Source: an uncultured virus (IMG/VR IMGVR_UViG_3300033553_000790)
Taxonomy: Duplodnaviria; Heunggongvirae; Uroviricota; Caudoviricetes
Reading direction: 5' to 3' (one strand)
Virus record (IMG/VR): IMGVR_UViG_3300033553_000790
Length of the DNA stretch: 61,106 bases
The notes under the pieces were generated by a model that was given only the letters and a program-made list of their open reading frames with translations, was not told the DNA's origin and made no database searches. The translations under genes were made by a program, and so were the position numbers. Shown piece by piece: positions 57,895 through 61,106 of this stretch. Every line of letters begins with the position of its first letter. Within the stretch, counting starts at the first letter, position 1.

Positions 57895-58890
57895 ATGAAA
57901 AGAATATTTAACGCTTGGGGTCCGAAAATACCTGTTGACGTTAATGATGGGCTGACTGAAGCCGGGCAACCCGTTTCGGCTGTAAAAGATGCTGATCTGA
58001 TGAACAGGGAGAATTTATTCTCTGAGAACGGTTATAGCCCAGAGAGTAACACGAATGTTCCCCTTCAAGGTAAAGCAGTCCTACCTCCAACAATTAAAAT
58101 AACCTATGGCCTCCGACAAGTCGTTTTGGGTTTCGCTTTGATGATTGTATTCAACATAGCAGTTGCGATAGGCTTTATTGGATGGGAACTAAAAGACAAC
58201 CTTCAAGAAGCAATTAATGACCCGTCAGTAATTGATGATGCGCTTAACTCTGTTATAAGTAACCCGATGCTAGTTGTTCTTTCATCTTTAACCATGTACC
58301 TTTCATGGCTTTTAGCTATCTCCCATGCGGCTAAAAGAGGCTTCCAGAAGATATCTAAAACCTTCCGGGTTTATTTCAAATGGAAAGATGTCGCCCTTGG
58401 TTTATTGATAGCTGCCGCTTTAAGGTTAACGGAAATTGTTGCCCAAGCCCCTTTCCAGCATGTTTTCGAAAATCAAGAAAGTAACGCTCAACAAATAACT
58501 TCTTATCAAGGAATTTGGTATGTAACTAACGCAATCATTATAGCAACAATATTAGCCCCTATTTTTGAAGAGCTGTTCTTCAGAGGGCTGTTCTTAAGCG
58601 CAATATTAAGGAAATTCACTAACTGGCGTAAACATAATCACGGTAAAGTTGATTGGATTTACAAGTCAAGGTATTTCGTTGCCGTATTAGTGTCTTCTGT
58701 TGCTTTTGGTAGTTTACACTACCCTGGTGGTTCAATCGGGATGATAACCCTGGTGTTGGTTGAAACGTCGTTACTGGGTGTCCTGTTCGCTATAATGACC
58801 ATTAAAACTAAAAGGCTCGGACTTCCGATCTTTACCCATATCTTCTTCAATATGTCAGGGGTAATATTAGCTACCTTAGCTAGTAGATAA
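57895..58890 (+). CDS. CPBP (Abi/CAAX) intramembrane metalloprotease
   Basis: EELFFRG, FGSLH, HIFFN motifs. Confidence 0.9.
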   Translation: MKRIFNAWGPKIPVDVNDGLTEAGQPVSAVKDADLMNRENLFSENGYSPESNTNVPLQGKAVLPPTIKITYGLRQVVLGFALMIVFNIAVAIGFIGWELKDNLQEAINDPSVIDDALNSVISNPMLVVLSSLTMYLSWLLAISHAAKRGFQKISKTFRVYFKWKDVALGLLIAAALRLTEIVAQAPFQHVFENQESNAQQITSYQGIWYVTNAIIIATILAPIFEELFFRGLFLSAILRKFTNWRKHNHGKVDWIYKSRYFVAVLVSSVAFGSLHYPGGSIGMITLVLVETSLLGVLFAIMTIKTKRLGLPIFTHIFFNMSGVILATLASR

Positions 58891-58906
58891 AAACAACAGT
58901 AAACAT

Positions 58907-58948
58907 AAAAGTAGGGCAGACCTTATAGTCAAGGTCCGCCCTACTTTT
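58907..58948. terminator. Bidirectional intrinsic terminator
   Basis: AAAAGTAGGGC...GCCCTACTTTT between convergent genes. Confidence 0.85.
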
Positions 58949-58965
58949 GTTTGTTATACTACTTT

Positions 58966-60084
58966 TTACTCATCCTCAGCTTCGAAAGGCGGCTCTTCAA
59001 CAGATGCTTTCTTAGCTGAAGCCTTAGCTGGAGTTTCATCACCCTCAGGGGATAGCGGGATAGCTTCAGGCAGAAGTATCGCCCTAAGCCTAGCATCTAT
59101 ATCATCGGCCAAAGCCGTATCCCTAAGGAACTCTTCACGGGACTTCTCTTTACCCTGGCCTATTTGAACACCATCTACAGTGGAGTACCACGCTCCGGCT
59201 TTCTTAATCAGGCCATGCTTAACGCCGAGATCAATCAGGTCACCTTCTCGCGAGAAGCCAGCCCTAGTTCCGTTCACGCCATACATGATTTCAGGTTCGG
59301 CTTCTTTGAAAGGCGGCGCGACTTTGTTCTTAACAACCTTAACCTTAACCTTGTTTCCGATGAGGTCTTCACCGATCTTAAGGCCCTCTTTCTTCCTGAT
59401 GTCCATTCGGATTGAAGCGTAGAACTTAAGCGCTTTACCACCAGTTGTTGTTTCAGGGCTACCGAACATAACGCCAATCTTTTCACGCAACTGGTTAATG
59501 AATATGACACTAGTGTTGTTCTTAGTTGTAGAAGCCGTTATCTTACGCAACGCCTGAGACATAAGGCGAGCCTGAAGACCAACGTGAGAATCTCCCATCT
59601 CGCCTTCTAGCTCTTTCCTAGGCACAAGTGCTGCCACGGAGTCAACAATGATAAGGTCTATAGCGCCAGAGTTAACTAGATAATCAACTTCCTGTAGTCC
59701 CTGCTCGCCATTGTCCGGCTGGCTTAAGACTAACTTGTCGATGTTAACACCAATCTTAGCTGCCCATGAAGGGTCAAGGGCGTGCTCAGCGTCAATGAAA
59801 GCAACTACTCCGCCTGCGGCCTGTACGTTACGGGCAATAGATAGGCTGAGGGTTGTTTTACCGGATGATTCCGGGCCATAAATTTCGATTACTCTTCCTT
59901 GGGGAATGCCGCCGACGCCAAGGGCAACATCTAAGGAAAGGGAACCCGTAGAGTAAACAGGGATTTTCACTATAGGCGCATCGCCCATTTCGAAGATGCT
60001 GTTCTTTCCGAATTCCTTATTGATTTTGTCCAGAACATTCTGGAGAGCTTTGTCTCTGTTCTCACCTGGTTGTAAAATCGCCAT
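58966..60084 (-). CDS. recA: Recombinase RecA
   Basis: [43 protein letters not shown]; likely start ATG 60084. Confidence 0.97.
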   Translation of the reverse strand: MAILQPGENRDKALQNVLDKINKEFGKNSIFEMGDAPIVKIPVYSTGSLSLDVALGVGGIPQGRVIEIYGPESSGKTTLSLSIARNVQAAGGVVAFIDAEHALDPSWAAKIGVNIDKLVLSQPDNGEQGLQEVDYLVNSGAIDLIIVDSVAALVPRKELEGEMGDSHVGLQARLMSQALRKITASTTKNNTSVIFINQLREKIGVMFGSPETTTGGKALKFYASIRMDIRKKEGLKIGEDLIGNKVKVKVVKNKVAPPFKEAEPEIMYGVNGTRAGFSREGDLIDLGVKHGLIKKAGAWYSTVDGVQIGQGKEKSREEFLRDTALADDIDARLRAILLPEAIPLSPEGDETPAKASAKKASVEEPPFEAEDE

Positions 60085-60255
60085 TATATATTTAACCTTC
60101 TTATCTCTTATTTGAACTATGGACACATGTTATATCGGTTAATAACTAACGCCCATGCTTTTGCTACTTAGACTTATTATACCACGCTATAAGTATTAAA
60201 AATATATTATTAAACATTATGCTATAATTATGAAACAACTAACCCAGAGGGAAAT

Positions 60256-60615
60256 ATGAGCTTAAACGAAGATAGAATTAAATACGTTTGGACACCCGTT
60301 GTTATAATAGGAGTGCTGCTAATTGCCATATCGCCCCTAATTTTATTGAAGTCAGCCCCGAGGGATGACAGCGGAAAGATAATTCCCATCCTAGCAACAA
60401 CTGAAACAACCCCCTCCCCCTCGCCTGACGTTATAGTAGATTCAGCGCCCGTTACCGGAATAATAACCGATAAACGTATTGATGAGACTTCAAATAAATA
60501 CTATCTCACTATAGATGACAGAATAAGTGGGGAAGAGCAAACGCGCGAGGTTTCAAAAAGCGTTTATCTGACAGTACAAGTTGGGCTCATGTTCACAATT
60601 ACCGACAGCGCTTAG
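60256..60615 (+). CDS. Membrane-anchored hypothetical protein
   Basis: 119 aa ORF, N-terminal TM. Confidence 0.55.
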   Translation: MSLNEDRIKYVWTPVVIIGVLLIAISPLILLKSAPRDDSGKIIPILATTETTPSPSPDVIVDSAPVTGIITDKRIDETSNKYYLTIDDRISGEEQTREVSKSVYLTVQVGLMFTITDSA

Positions 60616-60626
60616 ATTACTACTCT

Positions 60627-61106
60627 TTAATATAAATAATCTATTTTATTTGCGATCTGTCTAACTGATGTAGGAAGGTAGCGCGACTTCTTATTACTAC
60701 CAACACCTAAATCATTAAGTATACCTACGATATGGCCTAAATTCGATGAGGATACCATAGGAGGTACATCCAAAGTATCGTTAATAAGGCCATTAAATAT
60801 TATAGCCCAGTCCTGAACAGTAGCTTGAACCCCGTTGTTCTCTACTTTTCCGTTAAACTCATAAGCTAATGTCTTAGAATAATGCGAATTGATTAACTCT
60901 CGCTCTACAATCATAGGTAACGCAATGACCTTTTTGCCGTGTAAACTTTTAAACAAACTGTCCAGTTGGCTTCGAACCTTGTCCCTCTCAGCGTTACTTA
61001 AAGAGAAAGCATCAGCAACTATAGCATATATTGATGAATAGAGAGCATTGACGACCTCGGTAGGGTCGTATTTATTTAAATAAGTTTTTTCTTCAGAATA
61101 TGTCAT
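60627..61106 (-). CDS. Hypothetical protein
   Basis: 159 aa ORF at window end. Confidence 0.5.
   Translation of the reverse strand: MTYSEEKTYLNKYDPTEVVNALYSSIYAIVADAFSLSNAERDKVRSQLDSLFKSLHGKKVIALPMIVERELINSHYSKTLAYEFNGKVENNGVQATVQDWAIIFNGLINDTLDVPPMVSSSNLGHIVGILNDLGVGSNKKSRYLPTSVRQIANKIDYLY

Overview
An AT-rich 61 kb segment of what looks like a very large mobile or extrachromosomal element, either a giant plasmid or a jumbo phage. No capsid, terminase or rRNA genes are visible, and WhiB, SSB and the SF2 helicase are of actinobacterial type. Left arm (1-28.7 kb): a probable nurA-herA-mre11-rad50 resection cluster, a FliA/WhiG-like sigma factor, Flp and type IV pilins with a prepilin peptidase, RuvC, WhiB, SSB, three FtsK ATPases, a Dam-like methylase and a nucleotidyltransferase. 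Centre (28.7-47.2 kb): a same-strand array of 52 canonical tRNA genes covering all 20 amino acids, plus RNase P RNA and tmRNA. It is interspersed with HNH and Hef-like endonucleases, an HD (p)ppGpp-hydrolase-like gene and a Panacea antitoxin. Right arm: intein-containing DnaB, MoxR-AAA/vWA, ThyX-like protein, SF2 helicase, cell-wall peptidase, CPBP protease and RecA. Three observations stand out. (1) A 45-codon, codon-diverse leader ORF overlaps an antiterminator/terminator switch at the head of the tRNA array, a candidate translation-sensing attenuator. (2) Several tRNA-scaffold RNAs have remodelled anticodon arms, including a tRNA whose anticodon loop contains two further tRNA-like genes and one with a branched double hairpin. 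(3) A CCGATA motif, like the sigma-28 -10 element, precedes many genes and matches the encoded sigma family. All calls are by eye from sequence; no searches were run.
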